Assembly (NCBI RefSeq): GCF_009914755.1
Contig: NC_060934.1
Source: the human T2T-CHM13v2.0 reference genome, Homo sapiens
Direction: 5' to 3' (one strand)
Length of the DNA: 64,000 nt
Part shown: positions 1-15,125 of the stretch, one piece after another
Layout: the number at the start of each line of letters is the position of its first letter
How positions within the stretch are numbered: position 1 is the first letter of the stretch
Program-made: the position numbers and the translations under genes
Notes under the pieces: generated by a model
What the model was told of the DNA's origin: nothing
Databases searched by the model: none
What the model saw: only the letters and a program-made list of their open reading frames with translations

Positions 1-860
1 TTAAACCCAAAACTACAATCTGACCCAGAAATTACACTCCTGGGCATTTCTCCCAGAGAAACGAAGACCTGTATTCACACAAAAGCCTGTATATGAAGAT
101 TCATAGCAGCTTTATTTGCAATAGCCCAACACTAGAAACAACTGAGATGTTCTTCTGCAGGTGAATGGTTAAACAAGCTGTAGCACATCCTTATCATGTA
201 ATATTACTTAATATAAAGGAATTAACTATTGAATCATGGAACATTACCTAATAAAAAGGAATTAACTATTGATGCACATGACAGCCTAGACAAATCTCTA
301 GGGGGATGTAAGGATGGTTAATGGGTATGAAAAAATAGAATGAATAAAACATACTGTATTTGATAGCACATCAGGGTGACTATCATCGATTATAACTGTA
401 CATTTTAAAATAACTTGAGTTTAATTTGATTGTTTGCAACTCAATGAATCAATACTTGAGGGGATTGATACACTATTCTTCATAATGTGCTTATTTTGCA
501 TTTTGCATACCTGTATCAAAATATCTAATATACCCTATAAATATATACATCTACTATGTTACTACAAAAATTAAAAAAAAGGGAATCCTAAAAAAGTTAA
601 TAGTATATGGTTTCATTTCCATAATATTCTTGAAATAAGAAATTTATAGAAATTTAGAGCAGACTAGTGGTTTCCAAAGTTTAAGGATGAATGAGACTAT
701 GAGGGAAGTAGGTGTGCAACAGGTATAAAAGTGCAACATGAGGCATCCTTGGGATGATTGGGCTGATGGAAACATTCTGTGTCTTGAATGTATCAATCTT
801 TTATTTCCAATTACATATGAATGTATGATTATTTCATATTAATAAAAAGTTTAATTAAAA
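1..860 (+). mobile_element. Old L1 (L1MC-like) ORF2 end/3' UTR fragment, split by a younger L1MA tail
   Basis: 'gacccagaaattacactcctgggcatt...atagcagctttatttgcaatagccc' and 'agactagtggtttcc' resemble the L1MC 3' end. Confidence 0.7.
301..580 (+). mobile_element. L1MA 3' end with A-tail
   Basis: 'ggatggttaatgggta...tttgatagcacatcagggtgactat...cctgtatcaaaatatct' followed by poly(A). Confidence 0.8.
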
Positions 861-886
861 TGTTCGAATTAAAATATACAATATCC

Positions 887-1177
887 GGCTAGGAGCGGTG
901 TCTCACACCTGTAATCCTAACATTTTGGGAATACGACGAGGGTGGATTGCTTGAGCCCATGAGTTTGAGCCCAGCCTGGGAAATATGGCAAAACGCCCTC
1001 TCTACAGAAACACACACACACAAAATTAGTTGGGCATGGTGGCCTGCACCTGTAGCCCCAGCTACCTAAGAGGCTGAGGTTGGAGGATCACTTGAGCCTG
1101 GGGAGATCAAGGCTGAAGTGAGCCATGATTATGCCACTGCACTCCAGCCTGGGCAACAGGGAGAGACCCTACCTCAA

Positions 1178-1178
<1 letters not shown>
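887..1178 (+). mobile_element. AluJ
   Basis: Dimeric Alu with J diagnostics 'ggaggatcacttgagcctgggag', 'gagccatgatt', 'gagaccct'. Confidence 0.95.
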
Positions 1179-1215
<37 letters not shown>

Positions 1216-1300
1216 ACACACACACAATATATATATATTGTATAATGTATGTATATTATATATATGTTAGCATGTATACACATACACAAGATGTATATTA
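1179..1300. repeat. (CA)n grading into (TA)n microsatellite at the Alu tail
   Basis: Directly visible. Confidence 0.95.
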
Positions 1301-1519
1301 ATGCATCTATCATCTAAGTATTAGTCCATGTAATATTTTTCCTTGATATAATATCTTGCTATTAGCAAAAGGTTGGTTTTCACGTAAATATTTCATAAAA
1401 AACTTTAAATCAAATAGCAAAAAACATTAATTCAAAAGTTATTTTAATTCAGAAAACCATTTAACGTTAAGCAAAGGCTTTAACTGAGAAAACGGTGTTA
1501 GTGGAAGAATACCAATATA

Positions 1520-1840
1520 TGTTCTAAACTTATGATAATGGAACAAGTGTGGCAATAGAATAGGAATAGAAAAATCAAACAGAAAGTGTTTAGATATTGA
1601 GTTATGTGTGAATGTGTTTAGGTAGATAGATAGATACAAACTGATATTTAATAAAAGAGGCACTCACCATTAGAACAAAACATTTGATGAGATTAAGAAA
1701 AATAAAAGGTTCCCTAATATATACTGTATATAGAATTAAATTCCAGACATATTAATGTAAAAAGATAGCAGCAAAAGAACTAGAAGCATAAATAGAAATC
1801 TCTTTTTAAAAATCTTGCTGCAGGGAAGGCCTTCTTATAT
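1520..1840 (+). mobile_element. Highly diverged L1 ORF2 fragment
   Basis: 'aattaaattccagac', 'aaaagaactagaag', 'gggaaggccttctta' resemble old L1 ORF2. Confidence 0.45.
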
Positions 1841-1849
1841 ATTTTTATC

Positions 1850-2650
1850 TTTTTATTTAATTTTGAATAAATAATAATTAAAACTTCTTCCTGATTTTAA
1901 AATGCATGGAAGGATATATAGCGAAAAGTTTATTTTTCTTTTGTACCCAGCCCAGTTCTCCTCTCCATAGGCAACCAGAGTTAATAGTCTCCTGTAAAAC
2001 CTTTCAGATGTATTACACTCAAACATGACTGAAAATGTGCACCCGTACTTCTCATTTTTATGTAAACGAAAACACACTATGTACACTGTTTTGAACTTTC
2101 CCTCCACTTAACGATGTTTCCCATAGTGACGGTAACTAATACTTACATGGCACTAGCCTCTGTGTCAGGCCCTAGTCTAAGCACTTTTAAAATATTTATT
2201 CATGGAATCCTTGCAACAATCCTAAGAAGGAGGCAACATGGTCATCTTCATTTTTAGATAGATAAATGATGTGCAGAGAGGTTACATTCCTCTCGTTCAA
2301 TCTCCACCTTTAAAATCCAAGCTTATAAAATGATATTTTCACATCTTAATATCACTCCTTAGGGCAGAAAGCGTTTCCTCCTTTTCTATGTCTACAAAGT
2401 ATTGTGTTGTATAGATGTACCATAATTTATGAAACTGGTTATCTATTGTTATTTCTAAGTTTTCTTATTTTAAAAACTATTGCAATGGAGACACTTGTAG
2501 TACTTCTCTTTGCACTTATTTGAAATACAGAATAAATGTGCCATACAGAATTTTGTGGTAAAGAGCATGAACATTTGTAATTTAAACAGATATTTGCTAA
2601 ATTGCTTCCATTTGGGGTTGCATCAATGTGTACTCAAAGCAGCAGTGAAA
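1850..2650 (-). mobile_element. L1ME-type 3' end, interrupted by MIR
   Basis: 'ctccataggcaaccagagttaatagt', 'gatgtaccataattta', 'atttaaacagatatttgctaaattgcttcc' typical of antisense L1ME. Confidence 0.55.
2130..2287 (-). mobile_element. MIR
   Basis: 'tgtgtcaggccctagtctaagcacttt...aatccttgcaacaatcct...cagagaggtta'. Confidence 0.75.
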
Positions 2651-3429
2651 AGGAAAAAAAAACGCTGAAAGGATATAAAACAAAATGACTGTTACGCTTT
2701 TTTCCTTTGGTAATTTGATAATGGGTGATTTTTATTTTTCAAAATTGCCTGTTACATTTTATATTCTATTGAGGTAAGATATGTGAAGGATCAATTTGTG
2801 TCATTCCTCTGCAGGTTTTCTTCCCAGTCTAACTCCACCCCATTTCCTATTCATTCATTATATGCATACTTTTTAAAGCAGGGATTTTATTTTTTAATTA
2901 TTCTTAACTTCAGTATATCTTTTACACGGCAGAAGAAAGAGCACTTTGAAGTCAATATGCATTCCTACTTTTGTAAAAATCTATGCTTGTTGAGGAGATA
3001 GATATTTATCACGAATCCATTAGCCCTTTTGAGAGAAACAAGGAGAAAGTGATTCTCCAGTTGCAGTGAGAGGGGAGTGTCCTTGGGTGTACAAACTGGT
3101 GGGGAACAGCCACATGCTTCTTGATAAGGTGGCAAGATTTCAGAGGGAAGAAATACACAATGACCAAGGGAAGGAGGGCCAGAGGTACAGAAGATAGCGG
3201 CCTCTTCAAAGGATCCTATGACACAAATCTGGTTTTAAAAGGGCCCATCCAGAAGTATTGATATGACATACAGATTGGAACAACATCTAATGCAAGAGTT
3301 TCCAATGAGAACTGGTAACTACCTACCATACGGAATTCTCCAAAATGTTGGACCTCAGGGCATTTTCCAAATTTGAGGGGACATTGAGTCCCAAAAGTGA
3401 CAAAAAAATTACTTTTCATTTATTTAGTG

Positions 3430-3431
<2 letters not shown>

Positions 3432-3468
<37 letters not shown>
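3432..3468. repeat. (GT)18 microsatellite
   Basis: Directly visible. Confidence 0.98.
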
Positions 3469-3469
<1 letters not shown>

Positions 3470-4589
3470 TGATCAGAGTCATACTTAAAGTACGTAATGT
3501 GAAGCTATTTCAGCCTTAAAAGGTGAAAAACTCACTAACAGCAGCTGTTACCACCCTTCTTCATTTTTCTTCCAGTGGCTCTGGGGATTTTCTGCAAGCA
3601 AAAGACTGTGCATATACATCTAGTGAAGAAATTACTGTTCCTAGTATCTGTTAATTATTAGACTGGTGAAAAAAAGCATATTTGGAAATGATGTTCAGAG
3701 ATTGAAAACTTAAATGAATAACACCTTAAGAATCCTGTTTTCTGATTCTGACATTGCTTCCTTTTATCTATGCGATTTGAGCTGTGCTTGCCCTCAGCAC
3801 ATAAGCTTTGTCCTATTGGGACAGTGACAGAGTTAAGATCTTTCTTTGCTTTAGGATATTGTTCCTTTATTACCAAAGAGAGTATTCACCAAGCTCATAA
3901 AGATTTTCTTGAAAATGTGGGGGAAAATACTGCGTTCGTAGATATTGAACCATTTCTCTAAACAATTCAGGAGTTGATATGATTATGAACCCCCAGGACA
4001 GATTCTAGGAAAATCAATCTGAATTTTGTTTTCATATTTGAGGAAGATATTTCATCTCCTCTTAGTCTGATGCTTTAGATCCATTTTTAAAAAGCATACC
4101 ATCTAGCAAAATTGGAATTACTTTTGTCCTATTCTATCTTGGTTGAATTTTATCAGTAACTGCTTTGAGATATCTGGTGAAAACACAACTATTTGGCTAT
4201 TGAAAAATGTTGTGAATGGATTATTTATTTTTACTTTGTAACCAAGATGTAATGTCTCTCAAGCACTACACAAGGCAGAATTTCATTTAGTCAGAGGATA
4301 TAAATTAAGAAAATATGCATGATTCTAAATTTTTTCACAAATAAATATAAGCTTTTCTGTGAGTAAATCGGTACTTTCAAGTAATGGCCAAGTAGCTGTC
4401 TTTGAAAATCTGAATACAACAGTAAGAAAACTCAGCTGCTTCCAAGATTGATTTTATTTTCTCTTATGCATTAGCTGTTTTCTTGTATCTGCTTGTTGTA
4501 GCACTGCACAAGTGACAGATCAGAGCAAACACAGAAAATGCTTTTGGTATCCCCTGAGAGCCTGGGGACCAGGCTGTTGCACCCATCTG

Positions 4590-4940
4590 TCATCTGCTTT
4601 CAACATTTTTTGCTCAGGGTTCAGAACTATCCCCTTTCTCTGGAGCACTTCCCTCAGCCTGTGGACTCCAACTTGCCCATGAGGCATCCTACAGCTGAAG
4701 GCTGACTTCTCTGAGAATACAAGACACCAAACGTCTTGTGCCAGGTGAAAACCACTTATCCAGAGATCCCAGAAGGTCAGGATGTGCTAGACTGCCTGAG
4801 CCCACAGCCTTACTCAAGTATTCCCACTCTCCCACTTTTCCTCACTCTCTTACAGATTTTCCTGAAAAGAGTACACCCCTTTAGTAAAGAATATGCACCC
4901 ACTCCTTTCCTCTGGCTCTGGTTCTAGGGAATCACAGTTG
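4590..4940 (+). mobile_element. LTR16-family (ERV-L) LTR
   Basis: 3' end 'cctcactctcttacagattttcctgaaaagagtac...ctctggttctagggaatc' matches the LTR16 terminus pattern. Confidence 0.6.
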
Positions 4941-5044
4941 TCATGCTGTATGTCCCAGATGAGGAGGTAGTTCAAGAATAACAAGGTGGGGAAAGACATT
5001 TTGTGTAGAGGAACAATATATGCCTCAACTGAGAAGCAAAATAG

Positions 5045-5325
5045 TTGGTTTAAGGGTAGAAAAATACAATTAGGTAGAAGTAATATATTCAAGTATTTGA
5101 TAGTACAGTAAGGAAATGCTAATTCATAATAATTTATTGTATATTTCAAAATTGCTAGAAGAAAAGATGTGTACTATTCCCAATATGAAGAAGATATAAA
5201 TGTTTGACATGAAGAATATCCCAATTACCCTGATTTTATCATTATGCATTGTATAATGCATCAAAATATCACATGCACCCCCAAAATATGTACAATTATT
5301 ACACATCAATTTCTCAAAATAATCA
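5045..5325 (+). mobile_element. L1MA (L1MA5-8-like) 3' end
   Basis: 'aatttattgtatatttcaaaattgctagaag...ccaattaccctgattt...aaaatatcacatgcaccccc'. Confidence 0.85.
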
Positions 5326-5926
5326 TGAAAAAACAGACAACCCAAAATCCTGAAACCTAAATCTGTCATGCTCAGAAAAGTGTTGGGTAAAACATATAAT
5401 TTGAAATGGAGGAAGTAGGGTTGTGTTGAGAAGTAAGACTGCGAAGGTGGGTTCCTGTCAGCTTGCAGGGGCCATGTATACTTCATCGTCCCTGGATTAC
5501 CACAGGGACCTGTGCTGGCAGTGAGAGTTGAAGCAAATTCAAATACCCTCTGTCAAGGCTAAATTCTCCCTCCTCTGTGATTCCTGTGCCTTTCCCTCCT
5601 TCATGTGTGGGTTTTGGTGAGTAACTGCAGCAGTCACAGATGTTACAGCCTGACATTACGACACTCTCAGGCATAAGGAGCCTTTTGCTTTCTTCGGTTT
5701 GCACAACTCAGAACCAATAAATCCCTCTCCCTCAGTATTTGCCCAGGTTATTTTTCTGGCTGTGCCTGATAGGAACATGCACATCCATGAAATTTAATCT
5801 GCAGTGCTGAATGTAAATATGAGACAGGAGAGGAGAGTTTTGTCTAGGATGTAAATAACAAGCACCACAAAATACCCAAGACACCCTCTGACTCTCACTG
5901 AACAATCTCCTAAAATGTCTTGAACC

Positions 5927-6255
5927 TCTTTTTTTTTCTTTTTTCTTTGTTTCTGTTTCTCTCTCTCCCTCTCTTTCTTCTTTGAGATGAAGTGTTACTC
6001 TGTTGCCCAGTCTGGAGTGAAGTGATGTGATCAACCTCCCAGGCTCAAGCACTCCTCCCACGTGCTACCCCAGTCTCCCGAGTAGCTAGGACCACAGGCA
6101 TGCACCACAATGACTGGCTAATTTTCTAATTTTTCTTTAGAGATGAGGTCTCACTATGTTGCCCAGTCTGGTCTCAAACTCCTAGGTTCATGTGATCTTC
6201 CCATCTCAGCCTCACGAAGTGCTGAGATTACACGCGTGAGCCACCTTGCCCAGCC
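5927..6255 (-). mobile_element. AluJ
   Basis: Antisense Alu with CT-rich decayed tail; 'ggtctcactatgttgccca'; 'ttgaac' on both flanks. Confidence 0.95.
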
Positions 6256-7259
6256 TTGAACTTACATGTTACCTACAATGTTCCCCACACAGTGAAATTT
6301 CATGTGTGTTGCGTACATCCACTTCTCAAAACTCTTCATCCTGGAAGCTTTCTGTGGAGCCTGAATGGGCAATTATAAGAGAAGCTGAACTGTGACCCTC
6401 TTCTCAGTTTGAAGCAATGCCCTTCTGTCCAGATTGAGAGCTGGCAGGGAAATTCTGTGATTGAGACAATGAGCTCTTGAGTTATAGATCAGACCAAATT
6501 ATACATATTATGTTTCAACTGGCTTGCAGATATTGGGAATTGGGAGTAACAAATACCAGCCTATGTACCAGCTTAATCAACCTGAAGTCTTTACAGTCCC
6601 TCCAAAGGCCTAGTCAACTTGAAGTCTCCACAAAGCAGCTCCACCTCATAGAGCTATTTAGGACAAGCAGAGCCAGATTTCCCCCCACCTTATTAAGCAG
6701 CTCATCCTTCAGAATACTGGTGGAGAGCAGGATGCCGAGGTCAGAGCAGAGCGGTGGCTACTCACCTGTGTTTCTAAACTCTAACTATGATCTTTCTGTT
6801 GTACATTTTTCTAACTATAATAATAATATATGATGAAAGAAGAAAAATGCAAAACACAGTACATCACAGAGGAAAGAAAATCCATAATCATAATGACAAT
6901 ACAAAAATTAATGACTGCTTATATTGAAAAACCGAATCATTTTGATGCAGCTGATTTGATGCAGTCATTTTTGGCAGGGCATTTCCATTTCAGGAGGCAT
7001 TGTGAAGAAGTCCTCCTGCTGCAAATCGTTGCAAATGCTTTGCTAAGACCTCACAAAAATGGCTACCTTAAAATGTAGAAGCCGAGTGTACTGTAGATAG
7101 TGCCATATGGAGGCATGATCTTTATCACTGTTCTACTCCGTTTCCTCACCCACCCTCATTCCGACTGATTAAACTGAGGGATGGCAAAAAAAAAACACAC
7201 ACAAAAAAAGCAGGGCCACTATAAACAGATCTGTTTTGTACATTTCTTCAAAATAAAAT

Positions 7260-7600
7260 GTTCCTGGAGGACAATGTGGCACTAGTTATTGACATTCAAA
7301 ATGGGATTGAAGTTGAAATGTGCACCCCGCGAAGTAGCATTTTTTCTTATAGAAATGAGTCTTTGAAATTAAATTGGCATTGGGTATATATATAATATAT
7401 ACACACATACATGTATATGTGTGTGCATGCATATTTACATACACACATGAACAAACATTTCTGTCTGGCTACATTGTTCATAATAACAAAATATTGTAAA
7501 CAACCTAACGGCAATTAACTAGGAATCAATTTAACAAATTTATTGTAAAACCATATAAAGGAATTATTTGTAACAAAAACAATTACACATATGTATGTGC
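7260..7600 (+). mobile_element. Diverged L1ME 3' fragment
   Basis: 'ctggaggacaatgtggca', 'cattgttcataataacaaaatattgtaaacaacctaa'. Confidence 0.45.
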
Positions 7601-7631
7601 ATCTGTGTGTGTGAAGGGATGAAATATATTA

Positions 7632-7952
<321 letters not shown>

Positions 7953-8433
7953 TTATGATTATAGTTTGGAATTTAATTTTTTTATTTACAACTCTGTCTC
8001 AAAGAAATAAACAAAATAAAATTATTATGTCATGATTATAATTTGGAATTTAATTTTTTTATTTATAATTTTCTTAATTTTTAAATAATATTTATGGTAT
8101 TAATAGCTATGATCTAAAAGAAAATAAATGGGGACTCAATAAAAACACCTAAATCAAACAAAAGGTACTTTTACTAGTAAACATGAAACATATTTTGAAT
8201 AAAATGAGCTAGATAACTTTCCTGGGTTTTAAAAATTAAACTGGGGAAAAAATTAATTACCTGCCAATTGATCTTGCAATTCTCTGCAGTGTAATTGCTC
8301 CAAAAAATTAGGATAAGTGTGTTTTGGGAATTTAACAAAATAAGTCGAAGTTTCCTTTAAGATCTTAAACTAATATAAACACTTAAATGTTGTTCCTCAA
8401 CCATGAATATACCTTTTTAAAGAGGTGTGTATT

Positions 8434-11050
<2,617 letters not shown>

Positions 11051-11639
11051 AAAACCACGTGGCTTTGTTAAAAGGCCACAAAGACTATTGGGAGGAAGCC
11101 CCCAGATGTCAAATGTGAAACTATTTGAACAACAAAATAAATAATATAAATATGAATAAGCCATATAAATGAATGAGTCAATCAATCAGTTAGCAATAAA
11201 TAAGTAAATAGGATAGGAGGAGAAACTCTTCCTTAGAAGATAACTCTATCCAATCAATGTCGAAGGTCGAAGGAATGATGGAAATAGAAAATCACCACTT
11301 ATCTTCACTGATACATACTAAAATTGGTGGGTGAATAGATGATGAAAAATATTTGCATAGCCTGGAAGTATGTTTCAGAAGAGACTCAACAATTACAAAG
11401 GAAAAACTACAATACAGTTGAAAAACCTGTCATGTACCAGATGAAGCCAGTAATTAAATTTGACATCATCAGAAATGGAACAAATCCACATCATATGCCT
11501 GTGATACTCTGAAGAACACATCATTACTTCTGTGGTATTCTTACCATGAAATTTAGTCATGAAAAATATTAGGAAAGCCAAAATATTTTAGAAAATACCT
11601 GGCCAGTCCTTTCTAAAAATGTCAAAGCAATAAAAGAGG

Positions 11640-14038
11640 TGGAGGGAAAAGATGGAAGCATTCCCTTGAAAACTGGCACAGGATAAGGATGCCCTCTCTT
11701 ACCACTCCTATTGTCCTGGCCAATGCAATCAAGCAAGAGAAGGAAGTAAAGGGCATCCAAATAGGAAGAGAGGAAGTCAAACTATCCCTGTTTGTGGATG
11801 ACATATTCCTATATCTAGAAAACCCCATAGTCTCAGCCCCAAAACTCCTTAAGCTGATATGCAACTTCAGCAAAGTCCCAGGATACAAAATCAATGTGCA
11901 AAAATCACTAACATTTATATATACCAACAACAGTCAAACTGAGAGCCAAATCAGGAGTGCAATCCCATTCACAAATGCCACAAAAAGTACAAAATACCTA
12001 GGAATATAGCTAACCAGGGAAGTTAAAAGATCTTTACAAGGAGAACTACAAAATACTGCTCAAAGAAATCAGAGATGACACTAACACATGGAAAAGCATT
12101 CCAATCTCATGGATATGAAGAGTCCATATTGTTAAAATGGATATACTGCCCAAAGCAATTGATAGATTCAACGCTATTTCTATTAAACTACCATCTACAT
12201 TCTTCACAGAATTAGAAAAAACTATTTAAAAATTCATGTGGAACCAAAAAAGAGTGCAAATAGACAAGGCAATCCTTAGCAAAAAGAAGAAAGCTGGAGG
12301 CATCACACTTCTTGATTTTAAACTATACTACAGGGCTACAGTAACCAAAACATCATGGTACTGCTCCAAGAACACACACACAGACCAATGGAACAGAATA
12401 GAGAACACAGGAATAAGACCACACATCTACACCTATCTGATCTTCAACAAACCCAACTAAAACAAGCAATGGAGAAAGGATTCCCTATTCAATAAATAGT
12501 GCTGGGATAACTGGCTAACCATGTGCAGAAGTTTGAAGCTGGACTTCTTTCTTACACCATATACAAAAATTAACTCAAGATGAATTAAAGACTTAAATGT
12601 AAAACCCCAAACTCTAAAAACTCTGGAAGACAACCTAAGCAATACCATTCTGAACATGGGAACAGGCAAAAGTTTCATGACGAAGACACCAAAAGCAATT
12701 GCAACAAAAGCAAAAATTGACAAATGGGATCTAATTAATCTAAAGAGCTTCTACACAGCAAAGTAAACTATCAACAGAGTGAACAGACAACCTACAGAAT
12801 GGAAGAAAATTTTTGCAAACTGTGCATTTGATAAAGGTCTAATACCAAGCCTCTATAAGGAACTTAAATTTACAAGAAACAAACAAAGAACCCCATTAAA
12901 AAGTGGGCAAAGGACATGAACAGAAAAAGAAGACATACATGTGGGGCCATCAATCATATTTAAAAGAAGCTCAAGGCTGCGCACAGTGGCTCACATCTGT
13001 AATCCTAGCACTTTGGGAGGCAAGGCAGGCGGATTACTTGAGGTCAGGAGTTCGAGACCAGCCTGGTCAACATGGTGAAACCCCGTCTTCACTAAAACAC
13101 AAAAATTAGCCAGGCACAGTGGCAGGTGCCTGTAATCCTAGCTACTCAGGAGGCTGAGGGAGGAGAATCACCTGAACCCAGAAGTTGCAGTGAGCCAAGA
13201 TTGCACCACTGTACTTCAGCCTGGACAACAGAGTGAAATTCTGTCTCAAAAAAATAAAAATAAAAAAAAAAGCTCAGCATCCTGATCATTAGAGAAATGC
13301 AAATCAAAATCACAGTGAGATATGATCTCACACCAGTAAGAATGGCTATTACTAAAAAGTCAATAAATAACAGATGCTGGTGAGGTTGTAGAGAAAAAGG
13401 AATACTTATACACTGTTGGTGGGAGTGCAAATTAGTTCAACCATTGTGAAAAACCATGTGGCAATTCTTCAAAAACCTAAAAACAGAAAAACCATTCTAA
13501 TTAGCAATCCCATTACTAGACACATACCCAAAGGAATATACATAGTTCTATTACAAAGACACATGCACATGTATGTTCATTGCAGCACTATTCACGATAG
13601 CAAAGATATGGATCAACATACATGCCCACCAATGGTGGATTGGATTTAAAACAATGTAAATATACACCATGGAATACTATGCAACCATAAAAAGAATGAG
13701 ATTATGTACTTTGCAAGAACACAGATGGAGCTGCAGTCCATTATCCTTAGCAAACTAACACAGAAACAGAAAACCAAATACCTCATGTTCTCACTTATGT
13801 GGGAGCTAAATGGTGAGAACACATGGACACATGGATGGGAACAACATATAATGTGGACTATTAGAAGGTGCAGTATGGAGGAGGGAGAGGATCAGCAAAA
13901 ATAACTAGTGGGAACTAGACTTAACACCTGGGTGATGAAATAATCTGTACAGCAAACCCTGATGACAGAAGTTTACTTATGTAACAAATCTGTACATGCA
14001 CTCCTGAAATAAAAGATAAATAAAAATAAAAGTTAAAC
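11640..14038 (+). mobile_element. 5'-truncated L1PA (L1PA13/14-like): RT through 3' UTR, disrupted
   Basis: ORFs 11689-12009 ([18 protein letters not shown]) and 12236-12460 ([17 protein letters not shown]) are ORF2p; 3' UTR 'aggatcagcaaaaataacta...gggtgatgaaataatctgtaca'. Confidence 0.95.
12975..13271 (+). mobile_element. AluS inserted in L1PA
   Basis: Full dimer; TSD core aagctca on both sides. Confidence 0.96.
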
Positions 14039-14884
14039 TAAACCCCCCCCCCCAAGGTATCAGGTCAACTAAGTAGAATGTATGAACCTGAATTTAATCC
14101 TAGATCAGTAAAGGATATTTGTAGAGTAATTTGTAAAATTTTGGTAAGGTATGTAAGTTATAGTCTTTTATTAATGTTAATTTTCTGATTTTGTTAAATG
14201 TCCTGTGTTTATACAAATATTAATATTTGAGGAATATTGGTGATGGGAATACCAGAATTTCTAGTAATTTTTTGCAACACTTTTTACATCTTAAATATTT
14301 TCCAAATGAAAAGTTACAGTTTAAAAGTTAAAAATACTGGATAATATATTTTTTCACTTATAATCCCAGCAAGAAACCAATAGTTTTATATAACAATTCT
14401 GGTTAGTGTATGAGAAAACAGAAACCTTAATACATTGTTGGTGGAGGGTAAAAATTGGTAAAATTTCTATGAGGTCCATTAATATATAAGCCTTAAATTG
14501 GAACTTAAAACCACTTGACTTAGCCTTTCTACAAATGGAATTTTATCCTCCCATTAGGCTCGCATGTGTGCAAAATGGCACATGTATAGAGATAGTCATT
14601 GCAGCATCATTTTTAATAGGAAAAGGCCAAAGACACATTCATTTTTATGCAAAGAGGACTGGTTGAGTCAGTAGTCCTCTAACAGTAACAATAAATAAAA
14701 TAAAATAACAGTATTTAAACGAATACTTGAATCATAAAAGAAGAAGCACTTTTTACAATGCCTTTGAATACCTTAAGATATGTAGTTACATGGAAATGAT
14801 AATGTTTATAAAAGTGTACCCCTTTTAACTTTTACATATATTGGTTTGAAAGGAAAGGTAAGAAACTGTTAATAGTTAGGAGCT

Positions 14885-15125
14885 AAGTAGTCACGAGCAT
14901 AGACATTGCTCTGTGATTTCCTGAGTTCCAATCTCAACTCTGTCACTAATAGTTGTAATGACAGGAGTAAATTACTTAACCCAACAGATCCTCAGTTTCC
15001 TCTTCTGTAAAATGGGGAGATTACAGTTGCTACCTAAAGGGTTGTATGGAGGATTAACTGAGTTAATTGATTTGAAATGCTTAGAACTGCATCACACTTA
15101 AAAAGTTCCACAAATACTATTTTTA
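14885..15125 (+). mobile_element. MIR
   Basis: Core 'cctcagtttcctcttctgtaaaatgggga...gaggattaactgagtta'. Confidence 0.85.

Larger units (their letters stand above)
11080..14330 (+). mobile_element. L1MC4-like 3' UTR split by the L1PA insertion (pieces about 11080-11640 and 14060-14330)
   Basis: 'ggaatgatggaaatagaaaatcacca', 'catcattacttctgtggtattct', 'attaatgttaattttctgattttg'. Confidence 0.7.

Noticed and set aside
11689-12460. ORFs with RT-like sequence
   Set aside because: Fragments of a 5'-truncated, frameshifted L1PA ORF2; not a host gene or an active element.
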